Shown here piece after piece: positions 33,417 through 45,678 of a stretch of 64,000 nt of DNA (positions within the stretch are counted from its first letter, which is position 1; the number at the start of each line of letters is the position of its first letter). The stretch covers positions 2,496,001-2,560,000 of the forward strand of contig OZ219791.1 of assembly GCA_964291215.2 (NCBI GenBank), written 5' to 3'. The notes beneath the pieces were generated by a model. The model was not told the origin of the DNA, did no database searches, and was given only the letters and a program-made list of their open reading frames with translations. The DNA comes from Alphaproteobacteria bacterium. Its GTDB lineage: Bacteria > Pseudomonadota > Alphaproteobacteria > MPNO01 > UBA830. Both the position numbers and the translations under genes were made by a program.

Positions 33417-34493
33417 GTGTTTTACCGCATAGCCGGCCAGTACAAGACGAGCTACGAGGCCGATCAGTCGCTGTTTCCGCTCCGCCAGGACTTCTATCTG
33501 CTGGCGGTAATCCTGGTCCTTGCCTACGGCGTCCTGCCAGCCGTTGCCGACGAGTTCCTGTTCAACGCGATCCTGATTCCGACCCTGATCTTTTCGCTGG
33601 CGGCGCTCGGGCTCAACCTGCTCACCGGCTATGCCGGGCAGCTGTCGCTCGGCACCGGCGCCTTCATGGGCGTCGGCGCCTATGCCTGCTTCAAGCTGAC
33701 CACGATCTTCCCGGATCTGAATTTCATCGTCGCCGTGCTCGTGTCGGGCCTGTTCTCGGCCGCCATCGGGGTCGTGTTCGGCCTGCCGAGCCTGCGCATC
33801 AAGGGCTTCTATCTGGCCATCGCCACCCTCGCAGCGCAGTTCTTCCTGGTCTGGCTGTTCGAGAAGGTGCCCTGGCTCTACAACGACAACGCCTCGGGCG
33901 CGATCGAGGTGCGCACCATCGCGGTTGCGGGCATCACGGTGACCGGGCCGACCGCGACCGCAATGACCCAGTACTATGTCGTGCTTGTCTTCGTCACGGT
34001 AATGACGTGGCTCGCGCTCAACATCGTGCGTGGCCGCTACGGACGCATGTGGAAGGCGGTCCGCGACATGGACATTGCCGCCGAACTCATGGGTATCCGG
34101 CTGCTGCGTGTGAAGCTGATGGCGTTCGCGGTGTCGTCCTATGTCGTCGGCGTCGCCGGCGCGCTGTTCGTGTTCCTCTGGCGCGGCGCGGCGGAGCCGA
34201 ATCTCTTCGATGTCGAGCTGTCGTTCCGGATCCTGTTCATCGCCATCATCGGCGGGCTGGGGAGCATCCTCGGCAACTTCCTCGGCGCCTCTCTGATCGT
34301 CGCACTACCGGTGCTCATCAACACCGTGCCGGAGCTGTTCGGCATCAAGATCCTGTCGGCGACTGTCGATCAGGTGAACGTGGTGCTGATCGGCGTCCTC
34401 ATTATCTTCTTCCTGATCGTCGAGCCTCTGGGGCTGGCGCGGCTGTGGGCGCTCATCCGCGAGAAGCTGGTGGTGTGGCCGTTCCCTTACTAG
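33417..34493 (+). CDS. ABC transporter permease (LivM-like)
   Basis: GLNLLTGYAGQLSLG, GFYLAIATLA, IIGGLGS. Confidence 0.92.
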   Translation: MFYRIAGQYKTSYEADQSLFPLRQDFYLLAVILVLAYGVLPAVADEFLFNAILIPTLIFSLAALGLNLLTGYAGQLSLGTGAFMGVGAYACFKLTTIFPDLNFIVAVLVSGLFSAAIGVVFGLPSLRIKGFYLAIATLAAQFFLVWLFEKVPWLYNDNASGAIEVRTIAVAGITVTGPTATAMTQYYVVLVFVTVMTWLALNIVRGRYGRMWKAVRDMDIAAELMGIRLLRVKLMAFAVSSYVVGVAGALFVFLWRGAAEPNLFDVELSFRILFIAIIGGLGSILGNFLGASLIVALPVLINTVPELFGIKILSATVDQVNVVLIGVLIIFFLIVEPLGLARLWALIREKLVVWPFPY

Positions 34494-34564
34494 CGGGTCC
34501 CGGAGCGCGGTGATATAAGTCTCTCGAGTGCGGGAAAGTAGAAACGAAGAACTGGGAGGGCTAC

Positions 34565-35878
34565 ATGAAGATTCGCAAATCTCTGGTGGCGTTCGGCGCC
34601 GGAATGGCGCTCGGCGCCTTCGTGGCTGGCCCGACGCTGGCGGCGGAGATCTATCTGCCGAACCTGTCTTATCGCACAGGTCCGTTTGCGGCGACCGGTA
34701 TTCCCCTGATGAACGGCCAGCGCGATTACGTGGCGCTGCTCAACGCCCGCGACGGCGGCCTCGGCGGCGGCAAGCTGGTCTATGACGAATGCGAGACCGG
34801 CTACAACACCGCCAAGGGCGTCGAATGCTACGAGCGCACCAAGAAGCGTGCCGTCATCACCCAGCCGTGGTCGACCGGCATTACGCTGCAGGTGCTGCCG
34901 AAGACCAATGTCGACAAGATTCCGCTGCTGGCGCCCGGCTACGGGTTCTCGCCGATGGCTAACGGCGATGTCTTCGCTTGGGCGTTCAATCCGCCAGCGT
35001 CCTACTGGGATGCGGCGTCAATGATTCTCAACTACGTCTCTGGCGGGAATCTCGACAGCCTCAAGGGCAAGAAGATCGCCCACCTCCATCTCGACCATCC
35101 CTACGGCAAGGAACCGCTGCTGCTTCTTGAGACGCTGGCCAAGCGCCACGGCTTCAAGCTCTTGCCGATTCCGGTGGGCATCAAGGAGATGCAGAACCAG
35201 TCGGCGCAGTGGCTGCAGATCCGTCGCGAGAAGCCCGATTGGGTTTTCATGTGGGGCTGGGGCGCGATGAACGCGGGCGCCGTCACCGAGGCGGTCAAGA
35301 CCCGCTATCCCATGGAGAAATTCATCGGCGTCTGGTGGTCTGGCCGCGACGGCGACCTCGCGACCGTTGGCGCGCGCGGCAAGGGGTATAAGACGATCAG
35401 CTGGAACCTCCCCGGAAACTATCCGGTACTTGCCGAGATCCGCAAGCATGTCGTCGACAAGGGGAACTCGCTCATCGACAAGCCAGAGGACATGAACACC
35501 GTCTTCTACCAGCGCGGCGTCGTGATCTCGATGATTCTCACCGAAGCGATCCGCGCCGCCCAGGCGAAGTTCAAGACGGCAGCCGTCACCGCTCCGCAGG
35601 TGCGCTGGGGGCTTGAGAACCTCAACGTCACCGAGGCGCGGCTGAAGGAGCTGGGCATGGCCGGCATGACCGTGCCCGTGCGCACCACCTGCCAGGACCA
35701 TACCGGACATACCGGAGCCTGGATGCTGGAATGGGACGGGGCCAAGTTCGTCAAGGTCTCCGACCTCCTCAAGCCGCAACGCGATGTCATCAAGCCGCTG
35801 GAGGTGGCGAAGTCGGCAGACTACGCCAAGTCGAACGCGCCCTGGCCGGGCCGCGCCGACACACCCTGCGACGGCTGA
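34565..35878 (+). CDS. ABC transporter substrate-binding protein (Leu/Ile/Val-type fold)
   Basis: Signal peptide; YRTGPFA, ECETGYNTAKGVECYER; strong RBS. Confidence 0.9.
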   Translation: MKIRKSLVAFGAGMALGAFVAGPTLAAEIYLPNLSYRTGPFAATGIPLMNGQRDYVALLNARDGGLGGGKLVYDECETGYNTAKGVECYERTKKRAVITQPWSTGITLQVLPKTNVDKIPLLAPGYGFSPMANGDVFAWAFNPPASYWDAASMILNYVSGGNLDSLKGKKIAHLHLDHPYGKEPLLLLETLAKRHGFKLLPIPVGIKEMQNQSAQWLQIRREKPDWVFMWGWGAMNAGAVTEAVKTRYPMEKFIGVWWSGRDGDLATVGARGKGYKTISWNLPGNYPVLAEIRKHVVDKGNSLIDKPEDMNTVFYQRGVVISMILTEAIRAAQAKFKTAAVTAPQVRWGLENLNVTEARLKELGMAGMTVPVRTTCQDHTGHTGAWMLEWDGAKFVKVSDLLKPQRDVIKPLEVAKSADYAKSNAPWPGRADTPCDG

Positions 35879-35909
35879 GGGGAGGCGGTTCGTCAATGGC
35901 GGATGGGGG

Positions 35910-35941
35910 CCGGCGGGACCGTGAACGAACGGTCCCGCCGG
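35910..35941 (+). terminator. Intra-operon stem-loop (mRNA stabiliser or attenuator)
   Basis: Perfect 13-bp stem CCGGCGGGACCGT-N6-ACGGTCCCGCCGG after the binding-protein gene; no U-tract. Confidence 0.55.
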
Positions 35942-35963
35942 AACCCGGCCTGACGGGGAACTC

Positions 35964-36791
35964 ATGACCGGAACGGCCGGCGTGCCGGTCGCGGCCGGGC
36001 CGCGGCTGCTCGACGTCAACAATATCGAGGTCATCTACGACCACGTCATCCTGGTGCTGAAGGGCGTCTCGCTGACGGTGCCGGAGCGCGGCATCGTTGC
36101 GCTGCTCGGGGGCAACGGTGCCGGCAAGACGACGACGCTCAAGGCGATCTCGAATCTCCTGCGCGCTGAGCGCGGCGAGGTCACCAAGGGCACCATCGAA
36201 TATGACGGGACGCGCGTCGATCGGCTGCTGCCCGACGCGCTGGTGAAGCGCGGCGTGATCCAGGTGATGGAAGGCCGGCGCTGCTTTGAGCATCTGACGG
36301 TCGAGGAGAACCTGCTGACCGGCGCCTATACGCGCCGCGACGGCAGCGTGCGCGGCGATCTCGAACTCGTGTACGGCTATTTTCCGCGACTTGCCACCCG
36401 GCGCCGCGCCCAGGCCGGCTATATTTCCGGCGGCGAACAGCAGATGTGCGCCATCGGGCGGGCGCTGATGTCACGGCCGCGGATGATCCTGCTCGACGAG
36501 CCGTCGATGGGCCTTGCGCCGCAGCTGGTCGAGGAGATCTTCGGAATTGTTCGCAGACTCAACGCCGAAGAGGGAGTAACCTTCCTTCTCGCCGAGCAGA
36601 ATACCAACGTGGCCCTTCGCTACGCGACCTATGGCTACATCCTCGAGAACGGTCGCGTCGTCCTCGACGGCGATGCCGCCGCGCTCCGCGACAATGAGGA
36701 CGTCAAGGAATTTTATCTCGGTATTTCGACCGGGGAGCGGCGCAGCTACCGTGCCGTCAAATACTATCGCCGGCGCAAGCGCTGGTTGTGA
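35964..36791 (+). CDS. ABC transporter ATPase (LivF-like)
   Basis: GGNGAGKTT, ISGGEQQM, LLDEPSMGLAP, AEQN. Confidence 0.93.
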   Translation: MTGTAGVPVAAGPRLLDVNNIEVIYDHVILVLKGVSLTVPERGIVALLGGNGAGKTTTLKAISNLLRAERGEVTKGTIEYDGTRVDRLLPDALVKRGVIQVMEGRRCFEHLTVEENLLTGAYTRRDGSVRGDLELVYGYFPRLATRRRAQAGYISGGEQQMCAIGRALMSRPRMILLDEPSMGLAPQLVEEIFGIVRRLNAEEGVTFLLAEQNTNVALRYATYGYILENGRVVLDGDAAALRDNEDVKEFYLGISTGERRSYRAVKYYRRRKRWL

Positions 36792-38053
36792 CGACGGGGA
36801 ACCTGCTGATGCCCGGAACCCATTACGAGGATCGCGAGACCCGCGATGCCGGCGCGCGCGCCGCCGACATTGCCGAGCGGCTGCCAGGGCAGATTGCGCA
36901 TGCCCGCGCCACCGCTTCCTACTATGCCGAGGCGCTGGCCGGCACTGATCCCGCGGAGATCGTCGACCGCGCAGCGCTGGCGGGTCTCCCGGTAACGCGC
37001 AAGGCCGACATCCTCGAGCGCCAGCTTGCCGTACCGCCGTTCGGCGGCTTCGTGGCGACGCCGCTCGAAGGACTCGCCAAGGTGTTCACCTCGCCGGGTC
37101 CGGTCTATGAGCCGGAAGCCGAGCGCGGGGATTACTGGCGTTTCGCGCGCGCCCATTATGCCGCGGGAATCCGGCCCGGTGAACTCGTGTTGAACTGCTT
37201 TTCCTACCACCTGACGCCGGCGGGCTCGATGATGGAGGGTGCCTTGCGGGCTATCGGCTGCCCCGTCATTCCGGCCGGCGCCGGCAACAGCGAACAGCAG
37301 GCCCGACTTGTCCACGATCTGCGGCCGGCCGCCTATGTGGGGACTCCTGATTTCCTGAAGATCCTGCTCGACAAGGCCCTGGAGCTCGAGCTCGATGCGT
37401 CGTCGATCACCACCGCGTCGGTCGGCGGCGCGGCACTGCCGCCTTCACTGCGCGCCGAACTCAACGAACGCGGAGTGTTCGTGCTACAGTCCTACGGAAC
37501 CGCCGATCTTGGTTTGATCGCCTATGAGAGTGCGCATGACGGCAAACCCCTGTCGGGCATGGTGGTCGACGAGGACGTTATCGTGGAGATCGTGCGCCCG
37601 GGTACCGGAGACCCGGCGCCGGAAGGCGAGGTTGGCGAAGTTGTGGTCACCACGTTCAATCCGGATCATCCGCTCATTCGCCTGGCGACCGGAGACCTCT
37701 CCGTGGTCCTGGCAGGAGCGAGTCCGTGCGGACGGACCAATATGCGCATCGGCGGCTGGATGGGCCGTGCCGACCAGACCGCGAAGGTCCGCGGCATGTT
37801 CGTGCGCCCCGAGCAGATTCAGGAGTTGGCGCACCGGTTCCCGGAAGTGGTGCGGCTGCGCGCGATGATAGGCCGCGTCGACGAGCGCGACACGCTCACC
37901 CTGCGGGTGGCCGTGGCGGGCGGCGACAACGGGCTTTCGGTGCGCTTGGGCGAGGCGTTGCGCGAGGTAACCAAGCTGCGCGGCGAGATTGAACTGGTCG
38001 CCGAACTGCCCAACGATGGCAAGGTCGTCGACGATACGCGACCGGTTGGGTAG
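36788..38053 (+). CDS. Phenylacetate-CoA ligase (PaaK)-family protein
   Basis: SPGPVYEP, NCFSYH, QSYGTADLG, RLATGDLS, GRADQTAKVRGMFV. Confidence 0.88.
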   Translation: MTTGNLLMPGTHYEDRETRDAGARAADIAERLPGQIAHARATASYYAEALAGTDPAEIVDRAALAGLPVTRKADILERQLAVPPFGGFVATPLEGLAKVFTSPGPVYEPEAERGDYWRFARAHYAAGIRPGELVLNCFSYHLTPAGSMMEGALRAIGCPVIPAGAGNSEQQARLVHDLRPAAYVGTPDFLKILLDKALELELDASSITTASVGGAALPPSLRAELNERGVFVLQSYGTADLGLIAYESAHDGKPLSGMVVDEDVIVEIVRPGTGDPAPEGEVGEVVVTTFNPDHPLIRLATGDLSVVLAGASPCGRTNMRIGGWMGRADQTAKVRGMFVRPEQIQELAHRFPEVVRLRAMIGRVDERDTLTLRVAVAGGDNGLSVRLGEALREVTKLRGEIELVAELPNDGKVVDDTRPVG

Positions 38054-38156
38054 CGTAACCGTCGAACACCGACATCTGCACCCAAGTTGGCATTTTTGCA
38101 GCCTGGAATTTTTATCACGTTGCGCGATTTTTTGTCGGCCGATTTCAACATGGCAC

Positions 38157-41100
38157 GTATCTACTCACCCCTAGTTGGGTTCTGATTGGTCGTAGTGCTC
38201 GTTGATGATGTCTGCGGCTTTTCCGGCGAGTGCGATCTGGGTGGCGACGAGTGGGTTGTAGCCGAGTGCGGCCATGGAGGTGAGGTAGCTTGGCACCATG
38301 CTTTTGCGTGGAGCGGAAGCATCCGGACACCTTGACCTTTGCCACCCTGATCTTCTGTTCTTCGGCATTGTTGGTGAAGCTGACGTCGGGTGCGCCAGGC
38401 AAACTGGTGGAATGTGGCCGGGTGCAAGTCCCGAGAGAGGCTAACCACCACTTTCTCCGTGAACCATGCGTCGCCAGGCGAAGCGTTGGGGAGCGGCAGG
38501 CCAGGCTATTGAGCCACGAGATGCTTTGAAACCGGAGTGCCGAGGTCGTGGCCGAAGGCAACGAGCCGCGTTGGTGAGGGGGGCTCCGCGGGGTCCGAGA
38601 ACCATGGCCGAAGCAGGGACCTGGGAGGTCTTGCCCCTCTGTCGTGGAGGGGCCGCAGAGGAAAGGAACTAATCCGTAAACCGATGATGAACGAGAAGTC
38701 AGATTCGGCCATAGTACCGTTGAAGGCGGCGAACAAGGGTTCTTCGGAGCCTGCGGAGTTGCTGGAGGGAAGGGCAATGCGGTTGGCCCGCGCCGCGCGC
38801 AGAAGCGGGGGTCACAGGCGGCTGAACGCAGGTAGCGAAGAGGAACCCGGAAGAGCGTCTTTACTCCACCACGTGACGGTCGACGCTCTGCACGATGCGT
38901 TCCATTCCTTGAGGAAGGACGCGGCGGCGGGGCGTTGTGTGGCAAGCGTATGCGGAGGGTGTGGAACTGCCTGCACGCCCGTGTGCACAGGGGTGCGTAC
39001 CGGGCGCCTCCGGGGTTTACATACCCAAGGAGGATGGAGGGCAACGACCGCTTGCCTCGGACAAGATTCTTCAGCGGGCGGTGTGATTCTGGTGCCGCGA
39101 GACGGAGTTCCTCGGGTTTAGTTACGGCTTCCGGCCGGGGCGCATCATGCGCTCGATGCCGTCACGGTGGAACGGCGGAAGGTCAACTGGATCGTTGACG
39201 CCGACATCCGTGGGTTCTTCGACAATCTCGACCGCGACCATCTGGTCGCGATGCTCGGGAAACGGATCGGGGGGTCTGATCATCAAGTGACGCCGGCGTC
39301 ATGGAAGGGACCGACTGGCAAGGGAACACCGCAAGGGGCGGCGCCATGCCTTGCGAACGTCTACCTGCACTACGTGCGACTGGTTCCAGAACCACTGGCG
39401 CAAGCGGATGGCTGGAGGCGACACGATCATTATGCGGATGACTTCGTGTGCGGCTTTCAGCATCTGGGCGACGCGCGGCGCTTTCTCCGAGACCTTGGGG
39501 AGAGACTGGCCCACTTGAACTGCACCCGGAAAATCATCGAGTTCGGTCGGTTTGCCAGAGCAAACCGCCGGAAGCAGGGCAAGACGTTCGACTTCCTCGG
39601 CATGACGCACTTCTGCGAACAGACGAGGAAAGGCAGGTTCAGGGTCGGTCGCAAACCATCTCGCAAACGGGCACCCTGCGGCGGATCAAGGAGGCCTTGC
39701 GCAGGCGGTGGCACGATAACCGGCACGAAACGGCCAAGTGGTGAGTTATCAACGGCTGCTACTACGCCGTTCCAGGAAGCAGCCTGCAGAAGTTCATACA
39801 CCAATGCAAACAGCTGCGTGCCCTTCGGCGACGCTCCCAAAAGGACTTCACCGGGGACGTAGACACCCTCACCGCTGCCCACTGAGCCAGCATCCGCCAC
39901 CCGTGGCCAAACCAGCGCCTTGTCGTCAGGGGAGGAGCCGGATGCGAACAGCGCACGTCCGGTTCTGTGCGGGGGGTAACCCGGTTCCCTACCGCGATGG
40001 TCTTCTGTGAAGCGCAGGTTTTCGTGTTTCACGAGACGCAGGTTGTGCGCGTTTGCGATGCGTTTTCCTTTCGGCGGCGGCGGGATGTCGGGCAGTTCCT
40101 TGGCGCCCTGATGGTGCGGTAGCGCTTGCGCACGGTCCGGTTCAGGGTCTTGGATGCGCTCTTGTTGACCTTGTGGCAGACCTCGCGGAGCAGGCTCTTC
40201 ATCAGTCGCGCCCAGCGGTAGCCTCGACGACGAAGGTCAGTTCGCGCAGCAGGTGGCTGCCGCACAGCTGGTGGCTACACTGGCCCATGTACGAGGCCCA
40301 GGACGCGCTTGTAGCATGGGATGATCTCTCGCCTCCCGGCCGCGCTTGCGGTGCGGGAACTTGCACGTCAGGGTTCCGACGACATGGAGCCACTTACTGT
40401 TGATCCGAAATCGTAGACATCGGGCGTTGCAGGAGGTGCGCCACGGCGGCCTCCGACGCGAGCGCATTGTGAAAGCATAGCCGAGGCCTCGGAGAGCTTG
40501 ATGCCGGAGGTCGCCTGCACGAGCGCGACGGCACGGCGCAGGGACAGCATCTGGACGACCAGCAGGTTGATGACGAGGGCCTGGATGCCGATGCCGTACT
40601 GCACGGGATGTTGTCGGGGAACCGGCCCCGGGCTTTGCACTTCGGGCATTCCTTGATCTCGGCGCGGCGCTCGACGACCTCGAACACGATGTCGTGCGGC
40701 GCTCCCGATCGACGGGGTCGACGCCGTCGGCGCCGCAGGCGTCGCAGGCATCGACCGCCTCCTCGACGATGGTCTTGCGCAGGTTGTCGCCCATCTGCCG
40801 GTTCGGCTTCGGGCCGTTGCTTCCGGCACGCTCTTGTCCGTCTGTGACGGCGGCAGACCGGAGTTCCGGCTCGTGCGTAGTCTTCTCCAAAAGGACGACG
40901 ATGAGGATGTCGAGCAGGATGACGAAGATGCGGATCACGGCCTCTTTCGGCACCTTGCCGGCCGCACGCAGCGCCGCGACCTTGGCCGCTTCGAACTCCT
41001 CGCGCGCCGCGTTGACCGTCGCCATCACCCGGCCTCGCCGCGAGCATCGCCTGGCGCTCGCTCGGCGGCATCTTCCGGTACTCCGCCTTGCGCTTCATCA

Positions 41101-41324
41101 GCGCACCGCCTCCGAGATGCGTTTCCACATACAGATCATGCGGGGGCTGGAGCCCCGGAAGCAGCTGGCACAGCCCGCTCGTCGCCTTCGATCCAAAGTA
41201 GCCCACTGGCGGTCCCCGTCGTTCTCGATGACCACCACTAAACGAATCGGGTGTCAAATTTCCACGAAAACCCGTTCGTTGCTCTACCCCGACATCATGC
41301 CGGAACCAGGGGGTGAGCAGTTAC
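38157..41324 (-). mobile_element. IS66-family element copy C with group II intron
   Basis: Both ends present; exact 8-bp target duplication CATGGCAC (38149-38156, 41325-41332). Confidence 0.93.
38390..39998 (+). mobile_element. Group II intron copy C, degenerate RT
   Basis: GTGCG...CCCTACCGCGAT, same insertion point in the IS as copy A; GTPQG and YADD motifs. Confidence 0.93.
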
Positions 41325-41939
41325 CATGGCACTACATTCCGTTGAATTCTGTCAGCTTGTGAGGCGGCTCCTCGTGCGGCGGGTTCGACACCAGCTGCCG
41401 AGGAGATTTCGGCGACCTCGGCGGTGCGTGCCCTGTCGGTTGACGATCAATGCGCGCAGGCGCGTGGTGACCCTGGTTCCGCATGCTCTCGTGGATTGAT
41501 GTCTAGCACTTGTCGATGCCCCGCGCGGGGATCAGATGCACCGCGGCGAGCACGGCGATCAACAGGTGGGTGGCGATGCGCTGGCCGGGCGCAATCCGGG
41601 CTCGGATTTCAATGAACGGAAGGTGGCCTCGATATCCATGTCCCGAGCATCCATGTTTCCTGGCAAGGTTTTTGCGGGTGTCTGCGGTGATATTTTCTGT
41701 GGTTGTCCACAAGCGGTGTGGGATTTGCCCTGCGAGCGAGGCGACATGAAGCTTGTGGTCCCGGCGGCGGGTTGCCGTCCATTGGTCACGTGAACGCGGC
41801 TACCTTGCCGCCCCCGGGCACGTGACCGTCCGGGTTCCAGGTGTCCCAAGGCGGTTCGATCTCCTCGATGTCGGCCTCGACGATGATCTGCAGACATTCT
41901 CCCCAAGTCGTGTCGGAGACTGTCGAGACAGTCCCGATC

Positions 41940-42870
41940 GCGCTCTCGGCAGGGCCGTGTCTCCTTCGCTCACTCACCGGTGCTTCAGGCAACGCTGCTG
42001 TCGCAGCAAGGTGTTCGCCAGAGCTTGCGCATCACGGCGACAATGGCGACTTTGTGGGCCTTGCCGGCGGTCTTGTGGCGCACCAGATCCGCGTTGAAGC
42101 GTGCTGCCGAGGTCGCGGCCAGGAGATCACGTGGCCTCCGGCGCCCGCCTCGGATATGCCGAGCACCGTGGTGCTGGCCACTGTCGTTGGCCATCGGCGC
42201 CACCCCGATCAAGGCTGCCGACGCTGCCGAGTTCGGGCATCCAACAAAGAAGGGCTGCGGCGGTCACTGGATCGAGGTCAGGGTACCTCTGCTCGGGATC
42301 ACCGGCGATCACCGCTTTGATCGCCGCGCCGGCAATGCGGTCATCGAGATCGGCCGCCGAAGCCCTTGTGACGGTCTCGCCATCCACCTCATCTGCCACT
42401 TGCCTCAACTTGGTCCGCACGTCGACAAGCGCGGCGCCAGGAGATCCCCCAGGCAGTTGAGGAAGGCTTCCTGAGGAGCCACAGGCTCGAGATCGCACCG
42501 TGCCGATCTTGGCGTCAACGCGGTTGGCCCAAAGCCTCGGCGAAGCCCTCAACGGGCAGGACAACCTCGAAGCCCCGGTCATGAAGACACTGGTGAACCT
42601 TGCGGTGATAGCGGCCTGTCGCCCACCACACGGGTTACCTCGAGGCTGCGAAGCCACGTGCCCGTGGCGTCGTTCGTAAAACGACGCCCCAGATGTCCAG
42701 ACTGGCTGACCCCTGCTACTACCTTAACCATCGTCCCTTGTTCCTCGCCTTATGATGATACGGTTCAAACCCAAGCATCCATTCAGGACGCAAGGGACGC
42801 CAAAGGAGGTTGCCACGCTCGGGAACGGCTCTATAAAGCCAAGGACGGAACGGCAACCTCCGCGGAGATC
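41940..42870 (-). mobile_element. IS110-family element, degenerate (gene ~41985-42731; boundaries approximate)
   Basis: MVKVVAGV start, MPELG, GVAPMANDSGQHHGARHIRGGR, GKAHKVAIVAVMRKL; non-coding end upstream of the gene. Confidence 0.8.
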
Positions 42871-44483
42871 GTTTGATCCCCGCTCCCCGCTCCCCTGTAC
42901 GTTCTCACACAGGGGAGCGGAATCTCTTTGCAACCATAGCTCTCCCATAGTCGAGGTTATCCACATTTTCCCGCCCCCAACTGCTGTGGATGATTTCATC
43001 ATCAAGGGGACAAAACCTAGTCATATAAGGACGGTCTCGATATCCCGGTCGCTGGTGCGCAGGCGCCCGCGTTGTCTTGTCGTCTGTGGCTGAAGGCCGT
43101 TGCGTTGGCCTTCTCGACGGTGATCTCGTTGTGCCGGGCGACGGTGGATAAGCGCTGCTTGAGACCGCTCTCCAGCACCTTGTCGTGGCGCCGGCCCTTG
43201 GCCGAGAGGTGGAGCTTTGCTGCCTCGAAGCCCTGCGGCCAGGAATGGCGTCCTCGGCCCTCTTCTTGCTCTCGCTGACCACGCAGAGCCTCGCCATCCT
43301 CGCTGGCAAGGCGCCTGCACCTCGTGGTTGGTGCTGATCGATCAGCAGGGCCTCGGTGGCGATGCCGGCGTCCATGACTACCGTCGGCTTTGCCGCCGGG
43401 CCCGCCTCCAGCCTCGACAGCGCATCCGTGCCCGGCCATGTTGCCCCGCAAGACCTCGCAACTGCGCCGAAAGCCCGCGCCGCGCAAGCGTGGGGCAATC
43501 ATTGCGCTTCGAGCGCCCGAAGCGGGGGAGCTTGCCGTCGGCGCGGCCGTGAACATTGGTGAGGTCGCAAAAGGCGATGGTGTCGGGGATGCAGCGCGCG
43601 CTCGCGGTTGAACAGTTCCTTCCGGATGGCGGCCCGGTGGCGCAGGTCGCCGATGCGGTACAGCGTCTTGCGCGCCTTGCGCTCCAGATCCGGAAGCTCC
43701 GCGGTCGTGCTGTCATGGCGCAGCCAGCGCTCGCTGGCCGGATGAATCATCCTGGCGACGATCAGCGCACTCGCGGCCCGTGATGCCGAGATCGTGAAGC
43801 CGAGATCGCGTCTCGGGCACAGGCGCTCGCCCGAGCGCGGGTTCTCGTGCTTGAGGCTGTCGAGGTTGACGGTCGCAGTTTGCGTGCGTCTTCCTCAGGA
43901 GCGTCGGCGCGGAACCTCCGGGGCCCCTGTTGACGATGTCCTCGGCTGCGGCCTGCACGCGGCTTCGAACAGCGGCGGGCGGCCGTGGACGGGTTTGCCC
44001 CCACCTTTGCCCGTCTGCGGTGCTGTGGGTTTTGGTTGCCCTGATGAACATGTTGTCTGGAGCCTTTTGTGTTGACGGGGCTCCGGATATACTGGGTTTG
44101 GCGGCGGGGTCGAGTGAATCGGCAATATTCTGGCACCACAACGGCCATCTTGGACAGGAAGTCACAAATATAGTGGATATGTGCGCATAATACATCAATA
44201 TACAGTATATGAAGCGGGCTACCGCATAAATTTCCCCTTCAACTGACGCAAAAAGTGCCAACTTGGGTGCAGATTCATCGGGCTGATCGTTTGATTTGGG
44301 TAATCGTGGCCGCAAATCTGGAATCGTACTCTCGTCCGACAATAGCGGAATCCAAACGCATCGAGGTTCGTGTTATCTCGGATCGGGCTCCCTGATCGCA
44401 ATTTTCCGCACCAAGCGAGCCTCGACGGCGCTTGCAGCGTGGCAGCAGGTACAAGAAAAATACTACCGATCGTCGTGAAAGCT

Positions 44484-45678
44484 AAAGATGCCCGCCAAAA
44501 TAGATTGATTATTATGTCCGTGGCGCGAGGGTATAGTTCCACTCGCCGTGGAACGGGTCTCTGCGGACGGCGAGGCCATCCATCTGATCGTCGCTGACCT
44601 TGACCCCGAGCGGATAGCTGTTCTCGTCGAGGTGCGAGCATATGGGGAGGCCGGTGGTGGTCGCGGCGATCAGCTTGACGATCACCTGGTAGCTGACGAG
44701 GGGGCGCCAGTTCCGGGTGATATGGCAGAACATCCGGTGCTCGATCTTGTTCCACTTTCCGGGCGGGAAGTGGGCCACCGACACCTTCAACCCGAGTTCG
44801 TCGGCGAGGTGCTGCAGCTTCCACAGCCGGTTGCGGCTGCTGTTGGAGCCGTCGGCGGTGATCAGCAGGCGCCTGGCATCGGGATAAAGCAGCTGGCCCA
44901 TCTGCCGCCACCAGCAGCCTCGACCGCGAATGCCGCCGTGTCGTGCCCGACGCTGACCCGGCCGGCGTTGGCGGTGAGATCGTAGACCCCGCAGGGGATC
45001 CGAGCTCCGGATCGGGGAAGTCATGCACGTTGACGGCCTCAGGGTCGCCCTTGGGGCGCCATTCCCGGCCGCGGTACTGGCCAACGATTTCCTTCTTCTT
45101 GGTGTCACCACAGGCTGGCCTCTGGAACGTGCGCACCCGGCGCGTCGGAACTGCGCATCTCGGGCTGGCGGCCTTCCAGCGTCTTGCGATTGGCCTGAAG
45201 GCTGTACCCCAGGAGCAGCCGGTTCACCGTGCGCTCGCTGACGCGGTGGCCCTCGACCGCAAGACGGTCCGCCAGCCGTGCGGCACTGTGACACCGTAGC
45301 GGACTCTCCGGATCGCCGCGCGTCATCGGTTCAAGCTCGCGCTCCAGCGCCGCCACCAACTCCGGATCCGTCACCCGCTTGCGCCCGCCCCCGGGGCGAA
45401 GCAAACGTCCTCAAGGAACCTCACTCGAAAACTCCGAGACCGCATCAAGCTCCTTCAGCCCGGCGCGAACGGTGCCGCGCGACATCCCCGTCGCCTCGGC
45501 CACTCGCCTCCGCGCCCGATGGCACGGGCCTCCGTCGCCGCCCACAGGCGCCGCACACGTTCGTTCAGAACCGGACGCAACACCACAAACTTGGATCGCA
45601 GCGTATCGACCATCGCTTCCATGACATCATCGATGGCAGATCCACACCAAAAAACAATCTATTTTGGCGAGAATCCTT
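44484..45678 (-). mobile_element. ISAzo13-family element, degenerate
   Basis: Inverted ends CGCCAAAATAGATTG / CAATCTATTTTGGCG; TRGDPESPLR, GYSLQANRKTLEG, KWNKIEHRMF, FHGEWNYT. Confidence 0.9.

Larger units (their letters stand above)
38081..44267 (-). mobile_element. IS1634-family element, degenerate, hosting nested insertions
   Basis: Inverted ends CCCAAGTTGGCA / TGCCAACTTGGG each flanked by TGCA; fragments MFIRATKTH, FCDLTN, FGRSK, TVVMDAGIATE, LRTSDRDIETVL (~43030) and DIEATFRSLKSE (~41630). Confidence 0.8.

Noticed and set aside
32522-34513. 663-aa Arg-rich ORF and similar long overlapping ORFs (11329-13077, 30938-32488)
   Set aside because: Off-frame or antisense shadows of well-supported GC-rich genes.
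42950-42995. Replication origin from DnaA-like boxes
   Set aside because: Too few boxes, no AT-rich unwinding region or rep/dnaA context; inside nested IS debris.
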